A stretch of DNA of 63,627 bases, counting the filler, from Chiloscyllium plagiosum (taxonomy: Eukaryota): the NCBI RefSeq assembly GCF_004010195.1. It is 3 parts of one record of this genome, joined end to end, with 100 filler letters (N's around TTAATTAATTAA, not from the genome) between each part and the next. Parts side by side here need not be neighbours in the genome. Positions count along the whole stretch, not along the records: positions 1 to 15,792 come from NC_057713.1; 2 more parts are not named here. One strand, given 5' to 3'. Under the pieces are notes generated by a model. The model was not told the DNA's origin and made no database searches. It saw only the letters and a list, made by a program, of their open reading frames with translations. The position numbers and the translations under genes were made by a program. Shown here in pieces: positions 1 to 13,679 of this stretch (positions are counted from its first letter, which is position 1; every line of letters begins with the position of its first letter).

Positions 1-790
1 TGGAAAAAAGAATAGAAGCATGGATTACTTTCTAAACGGTGAGAAAATTCGTAAAGCCAAAGTACAAAGGGATCTGGGAGTGCTAGTTGAGGATTCTCTA
101 AAGGTAAACATGCAGGTTGAGTCCGTGATTAAGAAAGCGAATGCAATGTTGTCATTTATCTCAAGAGGATTGGAATATAAAAGCACAGTTGTGCTACTGA
201 GACTTTATAAAACTCTGGTTAGGCCCCATTTGGAATACTGAGTCCAGTTTTGGTCCCCACACGCCAGGAAGGACATACTGGCACTGGAGCGTGTCCAGCA
301 GAGATTCACACAGATGATCCCTGGAATGTTAGGTCTAACATATGAGGAACGGCTGAGGATCCTGGGATTGTATTCATTGGAGTTTAGATGATTAGGGGGA
401 ATCTAATGGAAACTTACAAGATAATACATGGCTTGGAGAGGGTGGACGCTAGGAAATTGTTTCCATTAGGCGAGGAGACTAGGACCTGTGGACACAGCCT
501 TAGAATTAGAGGGGGTAAATTCAGAACAGAAATGCGGAGGCATTTCTTCAGCCAGAGAATAGTGGGCCTGTGGAATTCATTGCTGCAGAGTGCAGTGGAG
601 GCCGGGACGCTAAATGTCTTCAAAGCAGAGATTGATAAATTCTTGATGTTACAAAGAATTAAGGGCTACGGAGAGAATGCGGGTAAGTGGAGTTGAAATG
701 CCCATCAGCCATGATTGAATGGTGGAGTGGACTTGATGGGCCGAATGGCCTTACGTCCGCTCCTATGTCTTATGATCTTATGGTCTTATA
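1..790 (+). mobile_element. CR1-clade LINE 3' portion (RT C-terminal region, 3' UTR, CTTATG-type tail), frame-disrupted
   Basis: ORFs 20-241 and 388-696 carry CR1 ORF2 motifs (QRDLGVLV, LYKTLVRPHLEY, RGHS-like, FFSQR); ends in short tandem cttatg repeats. Confidence 0.9.
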
Positions 791-2074
791 GAATTTGAAA
801 TGGACAGGCAGTAAAAGAGGAGTGAACATGACAGTGTTGTATTTGTCAGGCATTGAAAAGTGAAATAATTTAGGAAAGACCATTCATTATAACCTGAAGG
901 CTTTTCTGATGCAGTTACAGATAAGGCAAGTCATGTATTGTTCAAACTTAGTGGCCAATGAACCACAGTCATAAGTTGGTTTACTTCCAAACTAATTCAT
1001 AAGAGTTATTTGCAAGTATGGTTTGTAATCTTACCTCAGAGAAGACACAAATATATGAGAAAAGTTTTAGTCAACAGTGATCACCAGTGATAATTCCAAC
1101 CTCAAGGGACTGTTCAAAATTAAATATATTTCCATTGAAGAAAACAAAAAGGTGTTTGAAGTGATGAAAAGTGTATACAACCCTGGAAGAAGCTATTCAT
1201 CTTGAATACGAGCTTATCACTTGAGGACACACGCACAAAATTCAATATTACTTGAGAAATAGGATTGAAGGTTATAAAGATATTTAATGGCACAGCTCAA
1301 CTCTGAAATTGTTTGACAGCTTAGTGTTTCCTAGAGTAAAAAATCAATAGATGGTGTAGGAGGGAAGTCCATGTAGAAATAATCATGTATGTATTCTCAA
1401 TGGAGAGCACTAAACTGACAACAGAATATTCTCCCTTGCATTCAACTTCAAGTTCTTAAATCTACATTTTAAAGTTAAACCTGAAGTTTTTAATATGGTA
1501 AATAATTTTTATCACTACATGTCAATGGGTAAACCATGAGTATGTATACATTGTGAAAAAAGGGCAGAAATTAACCTATCCGCGCCTGCAGGAACAGGAG
1601 ACCAGATATATCAGAATATCTGAATTTTAAGGCATGTTATCACTGCTAAGTAATGACGGTGGGTTTTACAGGTCATCCATGAGAGGGAATACAGATTGGT
1701 GTGCCTAGAAGTGTGGTGGTATGCCCTCTGCTGAGCTACCCAGATCTGCCCGGCTTTGATTTTGTATGGTGGGAGAGGAGTTAGATAAGTAATTGATTAT
1801 CAATTAAGAACCAAGTCCTGCTGCTGGTCTGAATTAACAAACAATGGGTGAGGCCCACACCAAAGGTATCCTAGAGGTTTGGCCCAATAAACTGTTGGCC
1901 AGACAAGAGGGGGTGACAGGGCCTCATTTCTTCATTGCCAAAAGGAAGCCCCTTCCTCTTGATTTCTCAACTTCCTCTCAACTTCTCTCCTTACATCTAC
2001 TGTCTTCAACTCGTACTGTCTAGATGTTACCTCTCTCCACCCCTGCTTTCACTGGGAGCCTACCAAACTGGCAA

Positions 2075-2275
2075 AATTGAGTACTGCAGATGTTGGAGAT
2101 TAGAATCAAGAGAGTGGTGCTAGAAAAGTACAGGAAGTCAGGCAGCATCTGAGGAGCAGGAAAATCGACGTTTCAGGCAATTCCTGATGAAGGGCTTTTG
2201 CCTGAATTGTCAATTTTCCTGCTCCTCAGATGCTGCCTGATTTGCTGCGCTATTCCAGCACAACACTCTTGACAC
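2075..2275. mobile_element. Penelope-derived fold-back (palindromic) short element with decayed hammerhead core
   Basis: Inverted arms (TCAGGCAGCATCTGAGGAGCAGGAAAAT / ATTTTCCTGCTCCTCAGATGCTGCCTGA) around CTGATGAAGGGCTTTTGCCTGAA at 2184; related to the Penelope 3' terminus at 60120-60268. Confidence 0.75.
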
Positions 2276-3600
2276 CTACCAAACTGGAAAGACCCTGGAA
2301 TTGTCTTTTATCATGTGTGTGGGGTCTAGCAAGTTTAAGTCTCCAAACTACTGGTTTCTGAGTCCAAGGTGTACTCCTTAAAACACTTCACTTGCAGCAC
2401 AGTAGATACACACATTCTCTCAGACTCTGGTATAGCATCTGCCTCCACGCAGATTGGTCTGCATAATCATGTGACGCTGAGACCATCATTACAAAATGAT
2501 CCATCATCATCATTATTATACATTTTAGTGATGACTCATTTGTCTACACCTGGAGGTCTGGATCCATCGTGGAAAGCATCTTCTTTGTCTTAGCCGCATT
2601 ATGACAGTAGTCATATTTCTTCGTGATATTATCCATACTCCACAGCTGCCAGCCTCTGATTTACCGGCAGCTCTATGAAGTGGGATTTTCTCCTGAACTG
2701 AAGAAGAAAGATTGCCTGATGACAATTTAATTCCTGTCAACCATCAAGTTGAAGCAAGATAAGCTTACAAGCTGGTTTGCCTGACAAACTAGACAATTGG
2801 ATTTACAAAGAACTGCATACAACTTGAAGCTCTTTCAATTTTTTAATTATTACAAGTTGTAGTCAACACGTTGGGAGGACCATGAATTAATTAGACTACT
2901 GACTTCAATATGCTGTAGTCTGAAATGACCCCGGCATTGTTAGGAGTATTATCCCATAAAGACTTTCCACTGTTGTTTTTTGTTACATTTTTTACATTAT
3001 CAAGTATAAAAAGATAACTTTTGTTGTGTGCATTTTACTTCCTCAGAATTTATATTTATACAGAAATCTGTTCCAATGACCAGATCAGTGCAATAAACTA
3101 AACGTTTGAATTCCAACTTCCTGCCTTATAATACATTGCAATACAATAAATAAAACTTACCGTAAAATGCTAGAATAGTTTTTACAGCAAATAAGGTATT
3201 TTCTTATTAGAATTAAATTACTCTATTGTTTTTGGACAGAACATGCAATAGGACAATATGAACAGTAAATGATAAACTCCAAAACAATAGCAATTTTTTT
3301 TCTGTTGTGGTATCAAATCCCTATTAGGGTTAATATGAATAAACAAAAACACAGGAGCAAGCATCATGGTGAATGATTAACCTACTCCAATTCACTGCAA
3401 GGAAAACAGGTAATCAACAGTGAGATGCATACTCGTTTCCATGATTTCTGCATGTTGCTAGTATTTCCTTGAAAATCACACAACACCAGGTTATAGTCCA
3501 ACAGGTTTAATTGGAAGCACATTGGAAGCCCGCATCTCCGAATCATGGCTAGTATTTCCAGCATTGTTCCTTGGCTGTTCGCATCAGCAGGGGACTCAAT

Positions 3601-4451
3601 GTGTTTTGAGAAGATTTGTAGCTCAGGTTGAGGTTTTGGATGTAGGTTTGCTCGCTGAGCTGAAAGGTCCATTTCCAGATGTTTCGTTACCTTACTAGGT
3701 AACATCTTCAGTGGACCTCATGCAAAGCAATGCTGAAACTTCCTGCTTTCTATTTATATGTTTGGGTTTCCTTGGGTTGGTGATGCCATTTCCTGTGGTG
3801 ATGTTATTTCCTGTGGTGAAGTCACTTCCTGTTCTTTTTCTCAGAGGGTGGAAGATGGGGTCTAACTCAATGTGTTTGTTGATCGAGTTCCGATTGGAAC
3901 GCCATGGTTCTAGGAATTCTCGTGCGTGTCTTTGTTTGGCTTGTCCAAGGATGTATGTATTGTCCCAGTCGAAGTGGTGTCTTTCCTCATCCATATGTGA
4001 GGATACTAGTGAGAGAGTGCCATGTCTTTTTGTGGCTAGTTTTCTGCCTGCGTCCAATGTAGTGTTGTTACAGTCCTTACACAGTATTTTGTAAATGATG
4101 TAAGTTTTGCTCATTGTCATTGGACAATACATCCACCCTAGGACAAGCCAAACAAAGACATGCATGAGAATTCCTAGAAGAATGGTATTCCAACCGGAAC
4201 TCTATCAACAAACACATTGAGTGTTAGACCCCATCTACCACCCCCTGAGAAAAGGAACAGGAAGTGACTTCACCACAGGAAATAACATCACCACATGAAA
4301 TGACAACAACCCAAAGAAATCCAAACATATAAGTAGAAAGCAGGAAGTTTCAGCATTGCTTCACATGAGGTCTACTGAAGATGTTACCTAGTAAGGTAAC
4401 AAAACATCTGGAAATGGACCTTTCAGCTCAGCAAGCAAACCTGTATCCAAA
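3601..4451 (-). mobile_element. 5'-truncated Penelope-like element: GIY-YIG endonuclease remnant with ~330 bp inverted terminal duplication, 12-bp TSD
   Basis: Minus ORF 3695-4165 (IIYKILCKDC...GRKLAT...HHFDWDNT...AREFLE...SINKH) resembles a PLE GIY-YIG domain; ~3634-3966 is repeated inverted at ~4121-4452; AGGGGACTCAAT flanks both sides (3589-3600, 4452-4463). Confidence 0.85.
3674..3715 (-). ncRNA. Minimal type I hammerhead ribozyme motif of a Penelope-like element
   Basis: Minus strand reads UCCA-CUGAAGA-U-GUUACC-UAGUAA-GGUAAC-GAAA-C-AUC-UGGA: conserved core, 6-bp stem II, 4-bp stem I. The mirror copy at 4371-4412 has GAAA changed to AAAA. Confidence 0.7.
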
Positions 4452-4654
4452 AGGGGACTCAATATCATGACTGCCTAGCGTTACTCAACGATAGTATGTA
4501 TTTTTTTAAAAGGTGGTTGCTGGTGGTGCTGAAATCATTGGCAATGATATACTATGGAAGGATCAACAATGGCTGTCCGTGGAATTCAGTGAGCAAGAAA
4601 ATGTTTTTAGACATTGCTTTGCTGGATAGAAGGGAAAAGGACAAACATCTGAGT

Positions 4655-6345
4655 CTGAGCAGATAAGGGAAACCCTAAATGAGTTTTTTTTGCCTCAGTT
4701 TTCACTAAGGAAATGGACCTTGTTGTGAATGAGAACTTTGAGGAGCTGGGATATGGGCTTGAACAGATCAAGATTGATGAAGTTGATGTGTTGGAAATTT
4801 TGACAAACGTTAAGATTGATAAGTCCCCAGGGCCAGACCAGATTTATCCTACGTTGCTCCAGGAAGCGAGAAAGGAGGTTGCTAAGCCGCTGGTGAAGAT
4901 CTTTGCTTCCTCACTCACCACAGAATCATACTGGAGTATTGGAAGGAGGTGAATGATGTTCCTCTTTTCAAGAAAAGTAATAGGGAAATCCCTGGTAATT
5001 ACAGACCAGTCAGTCGTATGTCTGTGGTCAGCAAGGTTTTGGAAAGAATTCTGAGGGATAGGACTTATGACTATTTGGAAAAGCATGGCGTGTTTAAAGA
5101 CAGTCAGCATGGCTTTGTGAGGGGCAGGTTGCACCTAACTAATTTTATTGAGTTCTTCGAAGAGGTGACAAGATAGGTTGATGAAGGTCGAGCAGTAGAT
5201 GTGGTGTATATGGACTTCAGCAAGGCATTTGATAATGTTCCCCATGGTAGGCTCATTCATAAAGTCAGGAGGTATGGGATACAGGGAGATTTGGCTTTCT
5301 GGATTCAGAATTGGTTGCCTGACAGAAAGTAGAGAGTAGTTGTAGATGGAAAGTATTCTACCTGGAGGTCAGTGTTGAATGGAGTCTTGCAGGGCTCTGT
5401 TCTTGGGCCTCTACTCTTTGTAGTTTTTATCAATGATGTGGATGAGGAGATTGAGGGCTGGGTTAGTAAATTTGCAGACGCCACAAAGGTTGGAGGTGCC
5501 ATTGATAGTATCAAGGGCTATTGCAGGCTGCAATGCGACATAGACAGGATGCAGAGCTGAGCTGAGAAATGGCAGATGGAGTTCAACCGGGATAAATGCG
5601 AAGTGATGCATTTTGGAAAGTCGAACCTGTATGCTAAATATAGATTAAAGACAGGATTCTTGGCAGCGTGGAGGAACAGAAGGATCTTGGCGTTCATGTA
5701 CATAGATCCCTCAAAAGTTGCCACCCAAGTGGATAGGATTGTTAAGAAAGCATATGGTGTTTTGGCTTTCATTAATGGGGGATCGAGTTTAAGAGCCGTG
5801 AGGTTTTGCGACAGCTCTACAAATCCCTGGTGAGACCACACTTGGAATATTGTGTCCAGTTCTTGTCGCTCTACTATAGGAAAGATACAGAGGCTTAGGA
5901 GATCGTGCAAAGAAGGTTTACCAGGATGCAGCCTGGATTGGAGAGCTTGTCTTATGAAGAGAGGTTGACTAAGCTGGGACCTTTCTCTCTGGAAAGAAGG
6001 AGGAAGAGAGGTGACTTGATTGAGGTATACAAGATAATGAGAGGCATGGATAGAGTCAATAGCCAGAGACTTTTCCCCAGGGCAGGATTTACTGGGACTA
6101 GGGGTCATAGTTTTAAGATATTAGGAGGAAGGTATAGAGGAGACGTCAGAGGTAGATTCTTTACGCAGTAAGTTGTGAATGCATGGAATGCATTGCCAGT
6201 GGTGGTGGTGGAAGCAGAGTCATTAGGGACATTTAAGCACCTGTTGGACATGCACATGGACAGCAGTGAATTGAGGGGTGTGTAGGTAAGGTTATTTTAT
6301 TTTAATCCTCAGCATAACTGCGTAGGCCGAAAGGCCTGTTCTATC
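4655..6345 (+). mobile_element. CR1-clade LINE, 5'-truncated, whole RT domain, disrupted
   Basis: Motifs KSPGPD, PGNYRPVS, SQHGF, QGSVLGPLLF, SKFADAT, MEFN..KCEV across ORFs 4713-6171; in-frame stops and frameshifts. Confidence 0.92.
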
Positions 6346-7339
6346 ATACATCATCAGACTGACACGGTCTCTCCATGCAAATGCTTGAAAGACAGTGGCA
6401 AGAGCTGACGTCAGAGGCCAATCCAATGAGTGTGAAGCCAAAGTCCTGAATGCAATACATGCTAAAAATTAACTATCTCAAGCAAATTGATAAGGTGAGC
6501 AAATACATTTTCAAATGTCATATCTTATTAACTGTACCACTAACCTCATCTACTACTCATTCACTACACTTACATCATTCACTTAATAGCAATCTCAACT
6601 AATCAGGACTCAGATTTAGTGGCCTAGATATTCCAATAGTCAGAAATTTGTTGGAGATATATAGACTGGAATTGCACATCAAGACCAAATGGAATCTCTA
6701 ACAGCTGACTCCATGAGAATTGCTAGACCTTGCTGGATAACTCCCCACATCTTGAGCTTGCTGAGTGAATTAAAGTCGGAGAATTCAATGAGTTCTGACT
6801 CACTTAAGCTTAATAGTTACCCAAAAAGTATGTGAGGATCAAAAACCTATTCTAGTTATCAGCACACTGAATTATGCAAAAGTGGGTTTGGTTTCTATGC
6901 CAATTCTTTCCACTCCTGAATTCATAGATACAGCAGGTCTAGCTCATCAGGGAGTGGACATATTATAGACAAATCAAGTAAGGGCTTGGATGGTGTTTAT
7001 AGAAGACTACTAATGGGGTGTGCAGGAACAATCAAAATTGGCACAGGCCTTTGGGCAAAACTTGGAACACATCCTTTCCAGCTATCTCCATCAAGATGCT
7101 ACAATGTCTGGCTACCAATATCTCAAGCTACCATTGTAACACTGTAGTCTTCACCTAATATTTGAGTGCCATTCTGGATGTTCAGAGGGCTACCATTATG
7201 GCATGTGATACATGTGTGTAAAGAGATTTCCCATAATCTATACTCCAAGAGGTTACTAGGATTTTTAAAATACCATCCCAGGAGACAGGCAATGGTTCTA
7301 AGGTGTGAGATCCAATTATCCTCTCTCAGGATAGTGGCA

Positions 7340-8420
7340 TTCCTGCTACCACCACTGCCGTTCTTCAGAGAAAAGGTGAAAGTGTAGGATTAACTGAGTT
7401 GTTCTTGCAGACAGCTAGCATGGACTCACTGGATGAATGGCTTTCTTTTTTATGAAAACCTTCTATGATTTTCTTTGTATGGTTTCATAGTGTTAGAAAA
7501 ACAAGTACTACAGCACTCAGTTTCAGTGCCTATGTGCTTTGTATTCTATTTCTCTGTTAATAAAGCCAAGGATCCCATATGCTTTTTTAACAGCCTTCTC
7601 AACTTGTCCTGCCAAAGATTTGTGTATGAGAAACCCCAGGTCTCTCTCTTCCTGCACTCCATTTAAAATTGCACCATTTAGTTTATATTGCCTCTTATTC
7701 TTCCTCACAAAAATGTATCACTTCACACTTGTGTGTTAAATTTCATCTGCCATGTGTCTGTTCATTTTATTATAAGAAATCTCCCAGAAAGAATGAGATG
7801 CAAAGGATTATTAAAAAAAAGGAACTGAAATAAATTAATATTAGCAAAACAGAAGTAGTATTCGAGAAGTTAATGGGACTGAAATTTGTGGAACGCAATG
7901 ATCTATATTCCAGAGTTTTGAAAGAGATGATTTTCAAGATAATGATTGTATTGGTGATCATTTTTCACAACAGTACAGATTCTGGAATGGTGCCTGCAGA
8001 TTGGAAGGTTGCAAACGTAAGTCCACTAATTTAAGGTGGATGGAGAAAACAGACAGTTACAGACCTGACATAAGCAGGATAGAAAATGTCAGAATCCCTA
8101 GGGAAGTTTGTGATAAATGAGTACTAAGGTAATAATTATCTGAATGGACAGGGTTATCATGGATTGATGGAAAGGGAATCACATTTGACAAACACATTAG
8201 AATTTTTACTAGTGGAGTAGATTATAGAGAATGAGTGGATGAGGTGTATTTAAATTTTCCAAAGGCTTTTGATAAGGCTTCACTGTAGTGAAGAAGATTA
8301 GAACACATGGAATAGGAGATAACATATCTAGATTGTACTGAAGTCTAGTTAACAGAAAGAAAACAGAGAGAACGAATAAATGGGTGATTCTCAGCTTGGC
8401 AGGCTGTAACCAGTGGGAAA
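7340..8420. mobile_element. Cluster of old CR1 fragments in both orientations
   Basis: Minus ORF 7523-7708 (ERDLGFLIHKSL...KKAYGILGFINR); decayed plus-strand RT 5' region at ~7775-8420. Confidence 0.65.
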
Positions 8421-9368
8421 CAAAAAAAGAGAATGCTGAAGAAACTCAGCAGATCTTTCAGCATTTATGGAGAAAGAAGCAGAGTTAACATTTTGAGTCC
8501 AAATATCATTTTCTGAAGAACAGTCATCTTTTGTGGCGCACCCTAACGGACAGCTATGAAAAAGTAAAAAGTGGGTAAATCAAAGAATACATCACTAACT
8601 CAGGTTTAAGGGGGAAAAAGCAATTATAATTTGATTTCAGCTCATTCTCTGTTTCTCTGTGAGAACACATAGAAATTGCAAAACCTTACAAGAAACCAGT
8701 TAAATGCCTATACTATAATAATTCCACTTTAGAAATAATTGTGACAATATTTTCCACCCAAAGAAGAGTTTGAAAGCATGCAAATTACAAAACCATCTCT
8801 GCAGCTAAAGAAACCCAAAACCAATAGGTTATAGCTATGCTTATTCCCACAGCCTCTACACACCTTTAAATGGGAGCAAGATTGGTCTGCATGTCAGGGC
8901 TTGCTAGAGTTAAATTGGGTCTCTGCTGCAGCAAAGAACAGTCATAACAAAGCACCATAATGAGAAATAAGACTGAATGGGTGTTTTAAAAAAAGTTGAA
9001 TATTTATCTATATCAATTTTGTGCAAGAATAGGAGTCCAATTTCAGCCCTGTCTGTACTGTATGAAACTCTGGAATAGGATTTTGACTTGTTTCTGATAC
9101 CTTAGCATAATTGTAGCCAACCAAAGCAGCACAAAACAGGAGTGAGTGAGTTGTGCTCAAAATACCAAAATTTTCCATAACCTTTTACTCTGTTTTTGGA
9201 TTAAATTTTCCTGTAACCAAAGCCACTTGCAAAACTGGTCACATCTCCACATCAATTCTATGTGATATTGTCAACTGAGTCTGGTGGGGAATGCTCTTTC
9301 AATTGAAGTCATTTTCTTCAGTAAATAGACAGGTCTTAAAAGGTTTACATACATACTAAAGCAAAGAA

Positions 9369-9517
9369 ACTGACAATTGCGTATCACTAAAGTTTGTAAA
9401 TACTTTTTAAAAGTATTATTCAATGTTTTTTAATCTGGTTTACTGACAATTGCGTATCACTAAAGTTTGTAAATACTTTTTAAAAGTATTATTCAATGTT
9501 TTTTAATCTGGTTTACT
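9369..9517. repeat. Exact tandem duplication of a 73-bp unit
   Basis: ACTGACAATTGCGTATCACTAAAG...CTGGTTT starts at 9369 and again at 9442. Confidence 0.95.
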
Positions 9518-9664
9518 CACAGCAGGAGAACTGGACAGCTTTAATAAATGCATTCTTTTTGCTGTTAAACCTATTTAGCTACATTATAGAAAATGCACAT
9601 TTACTTCACTAAATAAATAAATGTTTTGACCAATAAAATAAAAATTATGCTTCATTGTGTTGTC

Positions 9665-9715
9665 CATGGATTCATAGACAAGCTTAAAATGTGCATGGAT
9701 TCATAGACAAGCTTA
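9665..9715. repeat. 22-bp direct repeat, period 29
   Basis: CATGGATTCATAGACAAGCTTA at 9665 and 9694. Confidence 0.9.
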
Positions 9716-12700
9716 TTGGCGAAAACTTCTCATAGTAGCGAAGTTGCAGTGGCAGAACAGAAAGTGAGCCACATTTCCCTTTGGTGCTGGATGGCTGGCC
9801 ATGTGTGACCACTCACCAGCTGCCAAATGCTACGCAGGTTCACTGATATCCCATTATTGCCTCATGGGGGTGAAGATCTTGAGCTATAATGAAAGGCTAC
9901 ACAGGTAGTCATTGCCTGAAAGCCACCCACATCAGTGTGGCTAAGATTGGAGGCTTTGTCATTACACATATTGTTTGAATTCTGCTATTTTTCACCTTTG
10001 TGGAAAAATAACTGCCACTAGACTGATATCTTGGAGTCGATAGTGAGTGGTCCAATGGTTCAGCAACACTCCAGGCTTCCTCTAGACTTTCTGGAAAAGG
10101 TTAAAGATCCTGTTTTTCAGGGATGTCAGAAGGAACACCTCCCATCTCATCAAAGCAGTGACTGAAAATGGCTTTCCTGAGTGTTGGCAGTGGGACACAG
10201 TAGAACCTGAGTCCAGTGCACAAACAGGATGAATGACTTGCTGTGGTCTACAGAGGAAATGCACTGTCTAATCAATACAGATGGACAAACATATGGGCAT
10301 CAAGCAATGAAAATGTGCAAATGGAGAGGGATGTCAGGCAGGAGCTTGAGTAGACCTCAGCATCAGTTGGAACATGTAAAGTGAATACATGGGAATGCTG
10401 GGAAACTTGCACCAGTTGTAGGACAGTTTGCATGTCAAATATTTACTTAGGGAGTGCTCAGGGGCTGTCTAAGGCCTACAACTTCATAAAGTTATATGTA
10501 CTCTTTGGGCTGACACTTAATCCTTCTGTCAATCTGCAGGAGAAAACCACTCACAATAGGCAGGAGTGCTTAAACATTTATTGAGAAGCCTCTGGACATA
10601 TGAATTTAGATCTCTTATGAAGAGGTTGCCACAGAATTTGCCTGGGAAGACCAACACTAAGACTCCTCAGATGGGGAGATCAGTGTTTCTTAGCAATCAA
10701 GTGAGGATGTTTCCAGTCTATTGTTGATAAGTGAACATAGATGAGTGGCTCTTCACACATTGTTCAAAAGAAGGATTGAGCCTCCCCAATGTTCTGATAA
10801 TTTTTAGACTTTTTTTCTTCTTCTTGATAAGATTTATTTCAGTTTGTATCTTTGATGTTTCTTTTTGCCTTTTCCACTTCTGTCATCATGTATTGTTGTT
10901 TGCTCAGCATCTAATTCTCTTTATCTTTCAAAGTAATGTTACTTGAGTTCACGGAACTTTTCACAAGAACTCTTCACTTACAAATTGATCGATGCATGCA
11001 GTTCTTCAGACTATGATAGAGCTATTGCTCTCTTCCCTTTTTTTTTCCCTTTAATCATGTCACTGACATCATCGCTGCATTATGTACTCCTTGGTTATAG
11101 TAATGGCTAAGCAAGAAGGGGACAAAGCCTCTCCAGATGCCCATTCTTCTTGAGGACTCAGCAAGGTGCTGACACACACTACAAGGGAGGAGAAATACAA
11201 GACAGGTACCCAGGAACCTCATCCCATGACACTTCAAGGAAGCCCACCACCTCCACTCTCCCAGTGACCTAATGTTTTCCAGCAGTTCAAGTCAAGGAAC
11301 ATGCACTTGCACCTATGCTAAAGAAGCTCAAATGTCAAAGCCACAAGAAAATGACCATCAAATTTATCTCAGTCAACACGAGACACCACCACTTCACGTT
11401 CACCTCCAAATCACTCACAATCCTGACTTGGAAATATATTGCCATTCCTTCAACATTGCTGGGTAAACTCCTGGAATTCCCTATCGAAGGGTATCATGGG
11501 TTTCTATCATCTTCTTAAGGGAACCTGGGCTCAGGCAATAATGGGCCCAGGTATCTAGGCAGTGTCCTTGTCCCACAAGTGAGTAAAAGAAAGGGTACTA
11601 CAATCAGCAGACTTCCTCACATCAGACATTGATGTAATGGTTCCACCTTAACATAGTAGGAGAATAATTGAGGAGATAAAAGTACACATAGGTGACATGA
11701 GTGTCTAATCAGTGTATAGATTTAAAAACATTTCTCGGTATGTATTCAATTTCACATTATTCATGTGTAGTATATATTTTCATTATGTTGATAGTTGCTG
11801 CAATGATTGTGTGCATTCATGGGTGTTGTAATTTCTTTTCTTGACCAGTTTTGGATGATATCAGCCCATGGATATATCATTTATTGTGTAACATCATCGG
11901 TAGTGGCATCTTTTAGAATCTTGATCCATTCACCCTTTGTAAAATCAAGGGCTTGAAACATATCTGGTAATCCAGCAGGTAATATTCACCTGACCATCAT
12001 TCTTGTGAAACTGCTGTCCAAGCAGCATCTGTAGCCAAGTCTTTGCATGTCTTGCCAGTGTCTGCATGACACGGTTCTTGACAAGGCATTGCCCTCATTT
12101 GGAGACTATGTCAGGGAAATGTGTGATTCCCTGACAACTTACAAGTACACATTGGTTCCAGTACAGCATACATATGAGTTTATATGTGGAAACGGCCTGC
12201 AAGATTTTCTGTCCAGATGTCAGAGGTCATGGAATGTACAGTGTTATAGAGGTAGTGCACCGATCCTACTGACACTGAAGCCTGGATTTATATTAACAAC
12301 ACATCCAGATCTAGTAGAATTGCCTTTTCTCAGATTGGCACATACACAGATCACAATGTTGAAAGAAACCATCAATTTTATTGAAACCATCAACTCAGAA
12401 GAACAGTCCAATGAAGTTGTTCATAACCATGAGGGAACCTCAGATTCTCAGCCACCAGAGATTAATAACCAATGTCTTGGAAATATTATGATGCATCACT
12501 CAGCCTAGGATCTGGCGCCAATGAGCTTGTCCTGAGTCTGTCTGCCACATCATATCATCACCCTAGCATTGTGCTGTACATGTGACATCTTCTCTGTTCC
12601 TGAGTAATATCTTCCTCCCCATCTGAAAATTTCTTCTCCCTTTGCTGAGTGAGATTAGGCAGAACATAGCAGATCAAAATAATCCTGCCCTTCCTTTCTG

Positions 12701-13055
12701 AAAAGTAGTTCAGCACTCTGCCTGAATGGACTAAGCTGAAGAACCTAATTTCTTAAAACTGTCTGTTCTTGTTGAGATATGGGTGGCATTATATTTTTCC
12801 TTTGCTGCACTTTATGAGCTTGCCTTTGGTGGAATCCAGGGCCTATTGGTCACCAAGAGCAAAACTTGCCATTAGCCCACTTGACCTGCCTTCAAAATGT
12901 TGAGATCCCAATACTATACCTTCCTCCTGTAGTTGGGAAAATGATTTTTGACCTTCATGCCTGCCAACGTCCCACACACCAGAGGAGGTAAAGATTCTGC
13001 CACATATTTGTGATTATGTAAGTACATTGCAAATACTTGAAGTATAGTCTAGTCG

Positions 13056-13176
13056 GAGAAAGTGAGGACTGCAGATGCTGGAGATCAGAGCTGAAAAATG
13101 TGTTGCTGGAAAAGCACAGCAAGTCAGGCAGCATCCAAGGAGCAGGAGAATCGACGTTTCGGGCATAAGCCCTTCT
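13056..13176 (-). mobile_element. Penelope 3'-terminal fragment, truncated within the hammerhead core
   Basis: Reverse complement of 60147-60267 (AGAAGGGCTTATGCCCGAAACGTCGA...CAGTCCTCACTTTCTC). Confidence 0.8.
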
Positions 13177-13679
13177 AGTCAGCCTAATTTCAAGCCCATT
13201 TTGGATGCAATTTCTTGAATATGATTAAGAAGTCTCAAACTGACTCCTTTAAAAACATTTTCAGAAAAAGCTTTAAATGCAAAAATGTCTGTGCTTATTA
13301 TTCACTCAACTCAAAGTCATTTGGGAAATGCAAGTCAATGAATACATACAGATGAGTTAAAAGCCATCAAGTTGGAATGACTCAGAACAGGTATTTATGT
13401 TTTGTAATATATTCTGAATGGTCACAACAGTTGCCACTTTTACCTATGTTCACTAGCTCAACTGCAGTTCAATCAGCTAACATCATCAGAATGCAAATAA
13501 TCTGCCAATTAAGGAAATGTGAATCGGTACAACAGTGAATCTCAAGAGCGAGATGAAATAAACAATGATATCGTTTGACCAAAAATCTCTATTTTTTTGA
13601 AATCACTAAGTTGAATGTTTCTTCAATTATTTCTTTTCAAATAAAAATAGGAAATGGTAGTTGAATGGACCAAGTGCTC

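Noticed and set aside
5518..6108. Long antisense ORFs over CR1 copies (also 47439-47960)
   Set aside because: Shadow frames of LINE ORF2, not independent genes.
10700..11010. Purine-rich minus strand resembling a coiled-coil (RB1CC1-like) exon
   Set aside because: Stops in the frames examined and no match to RB1CC1 as recalled.
12047..12508. 153-aa ORF as a novel gene
   Set aside because: No recognisable motif, splice context or promoter; probably a chance ORF or decayed transposon. A profile search would settle it.
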